In this document: piece by piece, positions 1 to 12,600 of the stretch
Numbering within the stretch: position 1 is the first letter of the stretch
Layout: each line of letters begins with the position of its first letter
Source: Podarcis tiliguerta
Taxonomy: Eukaryota
Reading direction: 5' to 3' (one strand)
DNA: 64,000 nucleotides
NCBI GenBank assembly: GCA_965153285.1
Contig: OZ229111.1
The notes under the pieces: generated by a model
Seen by the model: only the letters and a program-made list of their open reading frames with translations
Databases searched by the model: none
Told to the model about the DNA's origin: nothing
Translations under genes and position numbers: made by a program

Positions 1-90
1 CTTGGACTCCAATTCCCAGCATCCCTCACCATTGGCCGTGCTGGCTGCGGGTGATGGGAGCCGGAGTCCAACAGCACCTGGCGGGCCGGA
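1..90. mobile_element. Degenerate hAT-type hairpin MITE remnant in the TKT promoter
   Basis: Colinear with the reverse complement of the MITE at 49227-49362 (gactxcaattcccagcatccctxaccaxtgg...tgggag...ctggxgggccg). Confidence 0.7.
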
Positions 91-540
91 TAGAAAGCAA
101 GCCCTGCGCCCTACGCGGGCTGAGTTGCACCCTGGTCTTTTCCACTTCGCCGCTGCGCAAATGGCGCTCAGCCGCGCCCTGCTCCCGTTGCGCGCGGAGC
201 GAGAGGGAAGAGGACGCGGCTGTTTTCTGCGCCTCAGCCGCGCCTCTCTTCCTCGCGAGGGGAGCGGCTGGCCTTCGCAGGCGGGCGGGAGAGCTCAGTC
301 CGCAGGCAGCGCGCTGCTGGGGAGGCGGGGGCTTTTCGGCCAGGCAGGCAGGCAGGACTCCGCCCGCGCGCCGCTGGCAGAGGTGGCCCCGGCGCCTGGC
401 CCCTCCTCGCCCGGCCGAGCAGCTCCGCCTCTCCTGCCTCAGTCGCCGAGCCCGGGCCTGTCCAGCGCCACACGCTCCAGCTCCTGCCGCCGCCGCCGCC
501 TGCAACCCGAGCCCGCCGCCGGCCACGTTCCTGCTTCGCC

Positions 541-647
541 ATGGAGGATTATCACAAGCCCGACCAGCAGACGCTGCAGGCCCTGAAGGACACGGCCAAT
601 CGGCTGCGCATCAACTCCATCAAGGCCACCACCGCGGCTGGCTCCGG
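541..647 (+). CDS. TKT: TKT coding exon 1 ([36 protein letters not shown])
   Basis: ATG 541; donor GG|gtgagc at 648; 107 nt. Confidence 0.97.
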
Positions 648-3600
648 GTGAGCCAAGGGGGAGAGGAAGGGAGGGAGGGAGGGAGCCGGGCTCGACTCAG
701 GCACAGCGAATCTCCCTCACCAGAGAAGTGCCGGGGCTCACACGCCTGCCGGCCAGTCACGCCTTCTCTCTTGGAAGGCCCCGGATCTCGCAGATGAGGG
801 ATCAAGGCAGCCTGTCTTGCTTAGCACGACGAAGGAAAACTGCCTCACCTTTGGTCTTAGCTTAGTGTTGCGCGACTCGGACTGGCAGTCGGCAGGCACT
901 CGGGGTTTCCAGGCAGAGAGGTTCTCCCAGCCCTACAGTGGAGATGCTAAAGGTTGAACCGAGCACCGTTTGCATGCCTTTCCCCTGTAATAGACGCCTG
1001 TTTCTCCAGAGCTGAGCGTCGGCTGAAATGAACTCACGGAGGGATGGCAGCAGTCTGCCTGACATATTCAGCACTGGCTGCCCGCCTTTGATCTTGCCCC
1101 ACGTTTCCCACCCACAGTGTGGGGTGGGGGCAGAAAGTTGCTCTATTGGTGCCTTCTGTCCCATGCCACCATTATCCCAGGGTAGATCTTACTTGGGTAC
1201 TGGCTATCCTCCTAAGAACAGACCCTTACCATTTTCTGAGCAAGGTGGGGTCAACTCTCTTAACATCTATTTTTTGCTCCAACCCACAACATATCAAAGC
1301 ATTATCCAACTGCCTGAAGGTAGGAAAATGTACTTGCTGTCTCCTTAAGCAGATCGTACCATTATTCGCATTTCACCCCATAAGATGGATAAGTTCTCGT
1401 CTCGTCCCTTCACTCTTAATAATCCTAGCTAGCAAAAGGTAGCCCCTACTTAAGTGTCTCTTTAGTACAGTACTGTGTAGCCCAAGAAGATAGTTGTGCT
1501 TTCCTTCCCTGGTCCTGCTACAATGATTCTAGAACAAGGCTACTAATGTGTCGAGCAGCCTTGACACTACCAGCTGTTTGTGTGGACTTCTGTGCCTCTG
1601 GATGAAATTTGGTCCAAATCTTGCCTCTTACAGTTGCGTGTGTGTGCAGTCCTGGGGATTTCTGCAGAGATCTGACTGTTGAAATCTATTGAGTTATGCA
1701 TCGGTCATCAAGCCACAATGTGCGTACACTGTTACCTAAACATTGTATTTGAGTTCAATAGGGTGTTTCTCTTGGAGCAATAATTAATTTCACAGCTTTG
1801 CCCAAATGGGCTAGTGATATCTTAAACATACCTATTTGCATACCACCTGTTTTTTCCCTTTTCTTAAAAAGCAGTAATGATAAGTAAAATATAGAGCTGA
1901 AGATCTTTGTTCTTACTGGGAAACCTTGAATTTTGAGTTGCAAAATGGGTTCAGAGCTTCCACTAGGTTTTGAAATGCAGGTTTAAAGCAATCTTTAGGT
2001 GTCAGTTATGTTTCACAACTCATGTAATAAGCAAACCTGGTTTGGCAACCTAAAGCTTTCAACAGCCATACAATTTAATGGAGGATTTTCTTTGGATAGA
2101 AGATGTAGCCATTACCAATCACTTTAGAAGGTTGCAGATATAGCGAAGGTGCAAATAGAATTAGATAGCTTATTTGCTTCATCTGTAGCTGGATTGAATT
2201 TGGGATTTGTGTAAATTCCAAGGAGCTGAACAAACCCATTTTCATCTGTTGCCTGCAGCCTTATACACATTTATCTGGGAGTAAGTCCCATTAAACTCAA
2301 TGGGGCAACTTTTGAATAGACCAATGTTAGGATTGTGCTGGATGTAATAATTGTCCCTGGAAGATACAGATCAGAACTATATATACAGCAGTTATCTGCA
2401 AATACACTTGGGTGTGAAAATTATTACCTCACCTGTGGCTGTGAAAAATGAATAAGAATGATAAAACATTGAACACTGGATGTTTGTGTTGATGAAATAT
2501 TTTTGTGTTTTATATGTTTTGATAAAGGGCTCATTGCATAGCAACCCTTTTTACATCATATAGATTGGTTCAAAAGCTTATTTTTTAGAAAGAGAATGGA
2601 GTTAATTGCTCTTAAATACTGTATAGGGGCTTTTCTGATTATACTCATACAGTTTGTTTATGCATGTCGTGTGTGTGTCCAAATGTTTGGCTCAGTGTGG
2701 ATAGCGTGCAGAATCAGCCCTTCTACCATAATGCTGTCTGCTTTAATCATGTGCAGCTAAAGTGGGCAGCTAAAATCAGAGCGTCCAGAAAGCGTGAGAG
2801 TATAATATTGACAGTGTAATTTTGACACAGATGAATTGGGATATAAGGTTCTTCATGCGTATGATATGACAGAAAGGGAAGTCAGGAATGCTCTCTTGAC
2901 ACACAGTTGGAAGAAAAACAATTTATGCTTTCGGCCAAATTCTTTCTTTTGTACCCAACAGTCGTAACTAATTATCGGCAAAATTTCAAGTTCGCCAAAG
3001 TGGGATTATTTTTCAAATGCCTGAAGTCTCATATGGGCAGTTTATTCAGGCTTTAGAATAGAGGTTATTTTAGGCTCTGTCTGCAGATTCCAGAGTTAGT
3101 CTAGTTTTGCTTGTACTCTGCGATGGGAAAAATCCATTGTCTTTTGATGTGAAAATCAAGCTATTTCCCCACATCAAACAGGTTTATTTAATGTTCCATT
3201 GACAAACATTGATTTTCTAAAATCTCTTTACAATATATTTACTTTGTTTCAGCTAAGGATTGTATTTTTTTCATTTTCTGTTGATTGTGTGTGCTATATT
3301 ATTTAAGGTTCACATTGTCACATTTTAAAATTTAATTTTTAAAAGCAAAAGTTTTCTGTAAGGTTGAAACATCTGCCCACGTTTTAAATTCCTTTTGTCT
3401 GCAGTGATCTCACTGAATTTTGTAAGGTGCATGAAAATGCCATCATTGGAGGCATTCCTGCACTGAATTTCATTTAAATGGAATGCTAAATTCTGACAAC
3501 CACACATTCTGTTCTGAGGTCCATCTGAAGGACTAGGGATCATAATACATACATATATAAATGTAAACCCTTCCACCTTGTGTTGGGTAACAAAGCTGCA

Positions 3601-6600
3601 ACAAAAGAAAAGTGATGGATCCATTTTGAATTTGAATGAATTAAAACAATTGCACCATAGTTCAACCTTAACGTTGGTTCAATGTGACATCAGCCCTGAG
3701 AAACCATGATTTGTAATGGAACTGAAAATTACAACGGGGAACATGATATGAAGTGAGTTTGCTTGTACTAGCTGTAATTCCATGATTGTCTGAATTGACA
3801 CACCATAGGTATGGCTGATGCCTTGGTGCACCATTAAGGCAGAAAAGCTGGGGAAAATGAAAGTGCACATGTGACTTCAGTTGTAGCATCTTCATGGGTG
3901 CTCTATTCTGCTCACAGGATAGTTCTCCTCTTTCATAGCCTAACTCTTACTAGATGCTTTCTCTGTAGTTGTGTTCAGGGCAGCTCACAGTATAAGAGGA
4001 GTTCGGAACAAACAGTGAACAGCCTTATAACGAGTCCCTTTGTAAGAGAAGTAACAACAGCAAGAATTTAAATGCACGTGTATTTTAAAACTGATATTAG
4101 TTCTAATCATTGTGCTGATTTGCCTTGAAAGGAGTGTGTTTTGCTTGATCCTAAAGTTCACCAAGTCATGTAGAAGGTGGCAAAAACCTTATTTTCCCAG
4201 TTGGAGCTCAAAATTACTTTATATTGGTTATGGGTGGTGTTGGTGACTCGGTGTGCGGCTTCACCATCCTTCTGAAGCCATGCTGTTCCGCGGGCAGTTG
4301 CTCCACCCTCCTGGCTGCCGCAGTGCCTGATGGGTTCCCACCAAACCCAGATTCAAATTCTGGCCTATCCGCGGCAGCCTGGGGGTGGGGCAAGAGCAGT
4401 AGACTGAGTTGGAGCAGGCTTCACTCTGGTCCGCTCCAGAAGCATAAAAAGGGGCCAGAGCTTACCTCTAATCTTGTTTTTTCTTACAGGCTAACCTTTC
4501 TCCTTTTGGGTTCTCTGGTGTTGATATGGTTGTACAATGGCTGCTGTTTTCTCACAGCTGGGAAAGAATTTCCCCTGCTCTACAGGTTTTGTCTACCCCA
4601 TAGCAATTGTTACAACTTTGGCGATTTTAGGCATTGGGCAGAATCCTTTAGTCTTAACAACTGAAAGAGGGTAAAGTGGTGACTTATCCCTTTTGCGGCA
4701 GCGACACCAGGGTACCCTGTTAAAGGGGTCTTGAGGGGAGTCTTTGTCCACAGGGGCACAACAAGTGGGCCATAGAACTCCCCCCAGCGACGTGGGAGAG
4801 AGCCAGTTGCGTAAACACACATTTTGCAGTGGCCCCATATTCCTGCTCGACCGTGACTTGCCTCAGACCCCCAGCAGGGGGGCTGAGAGGGATACACACC
4901 CAGTGCCTGTGCCAAGGTTTCCTACATGTGAAATTCAATAAAGTTGTGGCCATTTTAATCCCTAAGGATGTTGTCGTGTCTCCTGCTTGATCCTGAGGTC
5001 TGGTTCCCAGAGGGGTGGGGTGGGGACTTTGCCTGGGCACGCAAAAACCATTTATAACTAGCCACCATTGCCAGCTGAGTTTCAAGCAGCAAATCTGGAT
5101 CCAGAGCAGCAAATTGATTCTGTCAATGCCATGCCTCTCCAGAGCAGGCAATGCAGCCTCATTCTGCAATCTCTATTTCTTTTTAATTCAGCTTCAGACT
5201 TCCCAAATATATATCATGCATTCTTTAGCAATCAACTTAAGAGCTTGCAAATGGATAGAGAGGCAGTTTGGATTCACCAGATTTTGAGTGTGCCTCTAGT
5301 TGAGGGCAAATAGCATTCCTCAGCCTTGGTCACAGCTCTTCTGTGCTTTCAAAGCCTATGCTAATTTTTATGCACGTTAAAATGTGACTCTGTCACAAAT
5401 TGCTACATCTCTTGTAACAAAGAAACTTGTTAAGGCAAAACCATTTCTGAGGAAGTATATGGAATGAGTGGGGAAAAAATGGAGCAGGTTCTGGGGGCAG
5501 GGGAAGAAAGTACCTAACCATAAAGCAGAACCCTTAGAAGGAAGTTGCCTTTCATATTCTCGGTGTGGTGTTGCAATAACTATATTTACCATTTTACAAC
5601 ATCAAGGTGGTTCCTGTTTTATTTTTTGAGGTCAGTTGGAGTTCTGTCTGAAGGAGACTGTGAGGCTGCAAAGCCTAGTGACTGGGAAATTAAGAGATGG
5701 GAACAATGTGATTGTACAGTACATCCAAATACAGAATCAATATTTATTTGAAAAGTTCCTTTAGTAAATAGCAGGGAGCAGAGACTCAGTACTCAGTTCG
5801 GCAAGATCTAATTCCTCCTTTGTTATCCCTGGGGCCAGATACTAGAATGAATAGATGTAGAATGAATAGATGGATATCAATTCTTGCCACTCCTTGGGAG
5901 CAGAAAATGGCCAGAAGTAAATGCGTGATGAATCATGTTATGGGGCTCTGCAAGTCTCCAGTTCATATGCCCTACCCTCTTCTTTGTTTGCACTAACAGA
6001 AAAGTGCCTGAGGACGCTTAGGTAGTCTTTTAGTCCTCTTTCCCTATTGTGTCCAGACTGAGCCATCTAGTAGAGTCTTAAAAGGGTCTCATGGCCTCCA
6101 GGGGGCAGGTAACATGCCAGTTGTGGGAGGAGCCAGAGGTAGAAGTAGGCGATGGTGACAAACAATCCAGAGCTGGAAGAAGGAGTCAGCCTTTGTCCAT
6201 GAAGACACTTATCTTCCTTGAGTGGCAATGATGAATGAGTGCATGCTCAGACTATGTAACTGCCTTTTCAAGGGGACTCTGACTGCACCCAGAACAGGCT
6301 GTCTACCTAATTCCAGAGAAAGCAATCTACTAATCTACAAGACCTCCCTCTTGTCTGGATTCAGTATCTACTTACTGGTCCTCATAGAATTATAGAGTTG
6401 GAAGTGATCCCAAGGGTCTTCTAGTCCAACCCCCTGCAATGCAGAAATCCCAACTATATATACATGACAGATGGCCACCCAACCTCTGCTTTAAAACCTC
6501 CAACAAAGGAGAGTCCACAACCTCCCAAGGGAAACCATTCCACTGTCAAATAGCTCTTACTGTCAGAGTTCTTCCTGAGTCTCTCTTTCTTTGTTTTTTG

Positions 6601-9600
6601 TAACTTCATTGGTTCAAATCCTATCCTTCAGAGCAGGAGAAAACAAGCTTGCTCCATCTTCCCTGTGACAGGTCTTTAGATAATTGAAGATGGCTATCAT
6701 ATCTCCTCTCAGTCTCCTTTTCTCCAGGTTAAACATACCCAGCTCCTTAATCTGTTCCTCATAAGACTTGGTTTCCAGACCCTTGATCATCTTGGTTGCC
6801 TTCCTCTGCACATGTTCCAGCTTGTCAACATCCTTCTTAAAATGTGGTGCCCAGAACTGGACACAAGAGTCCAGGTGTGGTCTGACCAAGATAGAATAGA
6901 GTGGGACTATTACTTCCCTTGACTGGAACACTGTACTTCTGTTGACGCAGCCTAGAATAGCGTTAGCTTTTTTTTGCTGATGACTCCTGAGCTTTTTATT
7001 ATTTTTAACCTCTCTTGCAAGTCTGAGATTTGGCCCACCTGACCTTTTCCCTGCAACTGCTGGTAACTCATGTATACTCTTCCTTTGGGGTTTCCCATTT
7101 CTTATTCATTCCCTTCTTACATCTCAGCTCATCTGTAAGTTCCTTATGTTGCCACGCTGGTTTCATTAGATGCCTCCCATGCATCTGGGCACTGGTCAAG
7201 GATTCAGATGACAAGGAGAAATAGAGCTAGGTGCTGTCTGCACCATGTTGCATAGTGATAGCAACTTCCTGAAGCATCCCTGCCTTCAGCACAAGCCCTG
7301 AGTTCACAGACCTGGTGATTGGTGGCTGTAGGCTGCTGGCTGTCCTACCCAGCTGGCCCTGCATGCTCAACCTGAGCAATCACATTGGTTTTTGAAGGTC
7401 CTTTTCAGTACAGCAACTCAAGGTAGTCTCTTGACTACTGCTTCCTCTGGAATAAGTGACTTTTTTAAACATGGGTTCACAACCTCCATCAAGATTGTGG
7501 TGCATGTTTCCAAATGTCTCTTCTTGGTAAAAGCCGAAATTGGTTGTTTTATGCTTTCACGTTGTTACGCCTTTCTACTCCTTTTGGTCATATTTGCCTT
7601 TGCATAATTCCACCCCACCCGCTGGCACTTGGTGCGTTTTTGCTTAATCAACTGTCCATGCTGAGTAGGCATCTTTGGTATTGCAGCTCTGTTTGTTTTG
7701 TGTTAATCCAAGCAGTTTGACCAGAACTAATAGAATTTGACGATTGAAAGAAGAGAGGTTTGATTTTCTTTTTTCTTTGTTTAGGGGGGAAAGAACAAAT
7801 GGTTATTGTAGTTTCAGAGGAATATTTTATTTTTTAAGAAATTGCAAGAAGGAAGTTACGTATGAATGTATTCCCATAGAATTGCATTCCTTTTCCAAAA
7901 CATGTTGTCCGTATTGGGAGTGCTGTTTGCAAATGTATAGGGAACAAGTTATTTTGCACATTGGCCAATAGTTGAAAATCTCTAGTTTCAACAGGAATTG
8001 TTTTTTACATGGAATGTGTTGAATTTCAGTTATTGGAGCGTAGCCCGGCTTGTAAACTGAATGATGGAAGCTGAAAGGTAGAGGATGTGCTCTACTACGT
8101 CTTCTGCAACACCTTAGTTCATTTTGAAATCTGCTTGAAGCCTTTTGCAGAAGTCTTATGAAAATTAGTGGTACTTGCAGAACACTATTGCTTAGTGTGT
8201 GCTTTGTTGCAATATCAGTATTTAGCAATCTAATCCTAAGGCTGCTGTCATACTCCCACATACCTGTAAGTAAGCCCTGTTGAATTCAGTAAGACTTACT
8301 TTTGAGTAGACATGGCTAGAACTGCGTTGTCCATCTTGCCAAGTTTAATCAGACTTGCTTCCTGGTAACCAAGGTTGCAATCCTAAGCACATGTAACGTC
8401 TCCCCTTCCAGTGGATAGGTAGCTCAATTTTCAGTTTTTATATTTTATTAATATAATTTTAAACCTGCTTTAAAATGTTTTTAAAATGCTAACAATTATT
8501 GAACTCTCGTACCACAAATATATCTACATATCTATATTTCTATATCTATATATTTATATCTGTATCTATATCTGAGTGCCCAGAGGGGAGTTGTGTTAGT
8601 CTGCTGCAGCAAAACAGCAAGAAGTCTTGTCTGATGAAATGGACTCTTGTCCACTACAACATATGCTGTAATAAATTAGCTGGCATTTAAGGTGCCTCAA
8701 GATTCTTTGTTGGAATTGAGAATTGTTGTGGTAAAATGTTTTTAATTGGTTGCTTTAATATTTTTTTAATGTTTGTTTTCATTCCCTGTTTAATTTTTCT
8801 TCTTCTACATGTTCACCAATAGGTTTATTTAAAAACTTTACCCTCAGAGCAGCAGTTCTTTAGAGAGATGGTTAAGTATAACATTTATAAGATTTAAGGA
8901 ATGAAAGCCTTTTAAGCAAGCATGTAAGGTTTACTGATTAACAGCCATGTGTAAATATTTACTAATACATGTTTTTGAGTCGTGACTTAAATCTAATTAT
9001 TTTATTTCCTAGCGTGCAAGCACTTAACAAGGGATGAGCACTAACCTTTACTCCTGTTTTTTTTTTTTAAAAAGCATTTGCATGTGTTTTAAGAAATTGT
9101 TAACGAGAGTGCTGTTCCCAAAGGGGTTTGGATTAGGAAGCAATATTTAATTGGCAGCTTGATAATTAGCACATTATATAGCCTTAAATCCTGTGGGTGT
9201 CATACAACTGTTGTATCATGTGTTTGGATTTAGGATTTTAAAATGCTAACATGCATGGAAAATGTAGTCAAAGGGAAAAATGCCTTGTGACAGCCAAACT
9301 AGTAGACCGTTACTCTATGAACAGGATTTCTGGCTGTTAACTATTATAGCTGCCCTATAGCATGTCAGCTAGTACAACTGACAATTCATTCCACTGGATC
9401 ATTACAAGCTACTGACGCTTTTAGACTAGTCATGTTTAAAATTGAGCGTGATCCTAGGTCACAGATTTCAGCCATAAATTTACAAACAGTTTTACTCTAA
9501 TTCTGCAGTCCATAATACACTTATACTAGGGAGTAAGCGTCATTGGGACGCAGATGGCACTGTGGGTTAAACCACTGAGCCTTGGGCTTGCCGATCAGAA

Positions 9601-12600
9601 GGTCGGTGGTTCAAATCCCTGCGGCGGAGTGAGCTCCTGTTGCTCGGTCCCTCCTCCTGCCAACCTAGCAGTTCGAAAGCACATCGAAGTGCAAGTAGAT
9701 AAATAGACATCGCTCTGGCGGGAAGGTAAATGGCGTTTCCGTGCACTGCTCTGGTTTGCCAGAAGCGGCTTAGTCATGCTGGCCACATGACCCGGAAGCT
9801 GTATGCTGGCTCCCTCAGCCAGTAAAACTGGATGAGCGCCGCAACCCCAGAGTCATCCACGACTGGACCAAACGGGCAGGAGTCCCTTTACCTTTACCTT
9901 TTAAGCCTCATTGAACCCAGTAGGACAGGAAGGAGGAACCTCCAGCCCAGGGGGCCAGTTTTGGCCTGCCAACTTTCCCCATTTGGACTGCAAAGCCATT
10001 TTGTGCAAGCCATGCTCACCTGTCCAACACCTGAGGGTCATACAGATAAGGGTGGGGGGCCTTTGAAATGCTGCACAAAACTGGTACCCAGCACTAAGCA
10101 GGATTGCCCTCCTGGTACATTGGCTGATGCAAAGAAAGGGTGATCCTACAGGAAACTCCCTCACACACCCAAATCTGCTGAGTTTGGCTGCACTTTCAGA
10201 GCTCTCAGCAGGTAGCAAAGCACTGCTAAAAGCTACCTTTTTTTTCATTTCAGCAGCTGTTTCACTGTAAAACCCTTGTAGTGAAACAGATGTTAGCAGT
10301 GCCTTCCTGCCTCCTACAAACTTTGAAGTCCTGACTTTGGGATTTCAAAGGGCAAAAATCCTTGATATTGTTTGTGACAGAATGTGGGTTGGCAGGTAGG
10401 CATCCTCACTCACTTGTTAAATTTGGCCCATGAGTTGGATCTGGCCTGTGGAGCCAAAAGGTTTCTCTACACTTGAAGCAGGGCTAAGTAATCTTACATA
10501 GGGTTGAGCTGTAAAATTCTGTTAAATATATTAAAATAAATGATATATTATTGATAAGTCCAAATTCTGAAATCCAGGTGCCTTGCTTATGGAATGCTGT
10601 TATACTATCTATAATTAACTGTATGCATTCTTATAAATTCTGTCTTTTAGAGACAAAGTAAATCTCACTGCAGGGTAATGCTTGCTTTCTCAGTTTCTCC
10701 AATCCCTAGAAATGTTAATTTCTAGTTTCCCTGTGATAATCTTTCAGGGTAGGCAATATCTTAAAAGGGTATGACAAATGTTCACAAATGAAAAATGAAG
10801 TGGGGCGGGAAAGGAATTCCCACTCCACTATTCAAAAGCCAGATCTATTGAGGTTTTTCTTTTTCTTTTCAAGGCAAGTCGGGGCTTTTAGAAACCTCTT
10901 AAAGAAATTACCGTATTTTTCGCCCTATAGGACGCACTTTTCCCCCTCCAAAAATGAAGGGGAAATCTGGGTGCGTCCTATGGGGCGAATGCAGGCTTCG
11001 CGGACCTCTCCGCAAACAGCAGGAGCGCTCCCGCTGCTGGCGGAGAGGTGCCTGCATGCCGAAGCCTGCGCGCGCTGAGCTCAGCGCGCCCAGGCTTCGC
11101 GGACCTCTCCGCTAGCAGCGGGAGCGCTCCCGCTGCTGGCGGAGAGGTGCCTGCATGCCGAAGCCTGCGCGCGCTGAGCTCAGCGCGCCCAGGCTTCGCG
11201 GACCTCTCCGCTAGCAGCGGGAGCGCTCCCGCTGCTGGCGGAGAGGTGCCTGCATGCCGAAGCCTGCGCGCGCTGAGCTCAGCGCGCCCAGGCTTCGCGG
11301 ACCTCTCCGCTAGCAGCGGGAGCGCTCCCGCTGCTGGCGGAGAGGTGCCTGCATGCCGAAGCCTGCGCGCGCTGAGCTCAGGGGCCCAGGCTTCGCGGAC
11401 CTCTCCGCTAGCAGCGGGAGCGCTCCCGCTGCTGGCGGAGAGGTGCCTGCATGCCGAAGCCTGCGCGCGCTGAGCTCAGCGCGTCCAGGCTTCGCGGACC
11501 TCTCCGCTAGCAGCGGGAGCCAGCACTGGGCTCCCACGGCTTGCAGAGAGCTGCCTGTTTGGGGGCTGGGGTCGGGGGAAGCTCGGGCTTCCCCAACCCC
11601 GCGCCTGGGGGGGAAATAATTTTTTTCCTTTATTTCCCCCCCAAAAAACTAGGTGCGCCTTATGGGACGGTGCGTCCTATAGGGCGAAAAATACGGTAGT
11701 TTAACAACTGTGGAGAATCTCTCTTGCTGCCCAAACATGATGCTCAGGTGTGGTACTACAAGAATTGTTTGCTGTTGATCCTTAAGATCACATTGGGATA
11801 TATAGGAGGAGAAAGCAAGCCACTTCAAGTTTATACTAGGTTAAACAGAATCGTACTTGTTTCTTGTCCTGAAATAGCCTAATAATCTGCAGTGCTAGAA
11901 AGGGCATCTCTCCTGTTCATCTTCCTTTTAGTAATGTACTGACATGATTATTTTGCAAACCAACTGAAACCCTACCCTGAAGCTCAGGAGAAAATCATAG
12001 ATGACATGCTCCTTCACAATGTCATTGAAATCCCTGCTGCAAATCTCCTTCAACTTGTGCTCTCGAAAGAGAGAAAACATATTCAATGTCATAATGCACC
12101 AATTTGTTTTCTGAAGCTTAATTTTCCTTTATAAGTGCTCATTAAAACTTAACATCTAGTCAGATAAGTGCTCTTTCAAAGTTGTGTCCTTTCAGATATT
12201 GCTGGACTACACTCCCATCATCCTGGCTGGGGCTGGTGAGAAGTAGAGTCCAGCGGCATCTAGGTGGCGAATACCCTTTAGCCACGTATAATAAACCATA
12301 GGCGAGGGGCCATTTTTCCAAAATACCTAAGTATTGTCAGGGCTTCGTTCAGGTCAAGGAGATCTCCTTGGGCCTTTCACAGAAAATGAAGCTTTTCTCT
12401 AAAAGTAGGTGAATGTGTAACTTCATGAACACAATTGCTGCTGATTCAGATGCTCTTTCTTGATCTTAGCAGAGAGAAACTAGCTCAAGGTGTTCTGTCA
12501 CTGAAGCTTACATTTCGGCATCCATTTTGGGGGAGATAACACGACATCCTCTTCTCTTAACTGATCAGAGCTAATGGACACTAGGATGATAGTAGATGGA

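Larger units (their letters stand above)
1..800 (+). promoter_or_regulatory. TKT: CpG island / TATA-less promoter and 5' UTR of TKT
   Basis: Very GC- and CpG-rich stretch surrounding the first coding exon; CCAAT at 9-13, ATTGG at 31-35, YY1-like AAATGGCG at 159-166; good Kozak context cgccATGG at 537-544. Confidence 0.85.

Noticed and set aside
2-805. Long overlapping ORFs of 194, 166, 248 and 102 aa
   Set aside because: Stop-poor CpG island; the real coding frame starts at ATG 541 and splices at 647.
6614-6931. 105-aa ORF as a host gene
   Set aside because: It is the C-terminal fragment of CR1 LINE ORF2.
9545-9625. tRNA genes at SINE heads (also 21560, 49098, 56802)
   Set aside because: A/B boxes run directly into SINE bodies and tails, with TSDs at 9545 and 56802; no complete cloverleaf.
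10993-11520. CRISPR-like array of palindromic repeats
   Set aside because: Units are contiguous with no unique spacers, no cas genes are present, the context is vertebrate, and the array lies inside MITE TIRs.
10788-11619. ORFs with a 33-aa repeat ([33 protein letters not shown])
   Set aside because: By-product of a GC-rich 99-bp repeat that is open in several frames; no splice or promoter support.
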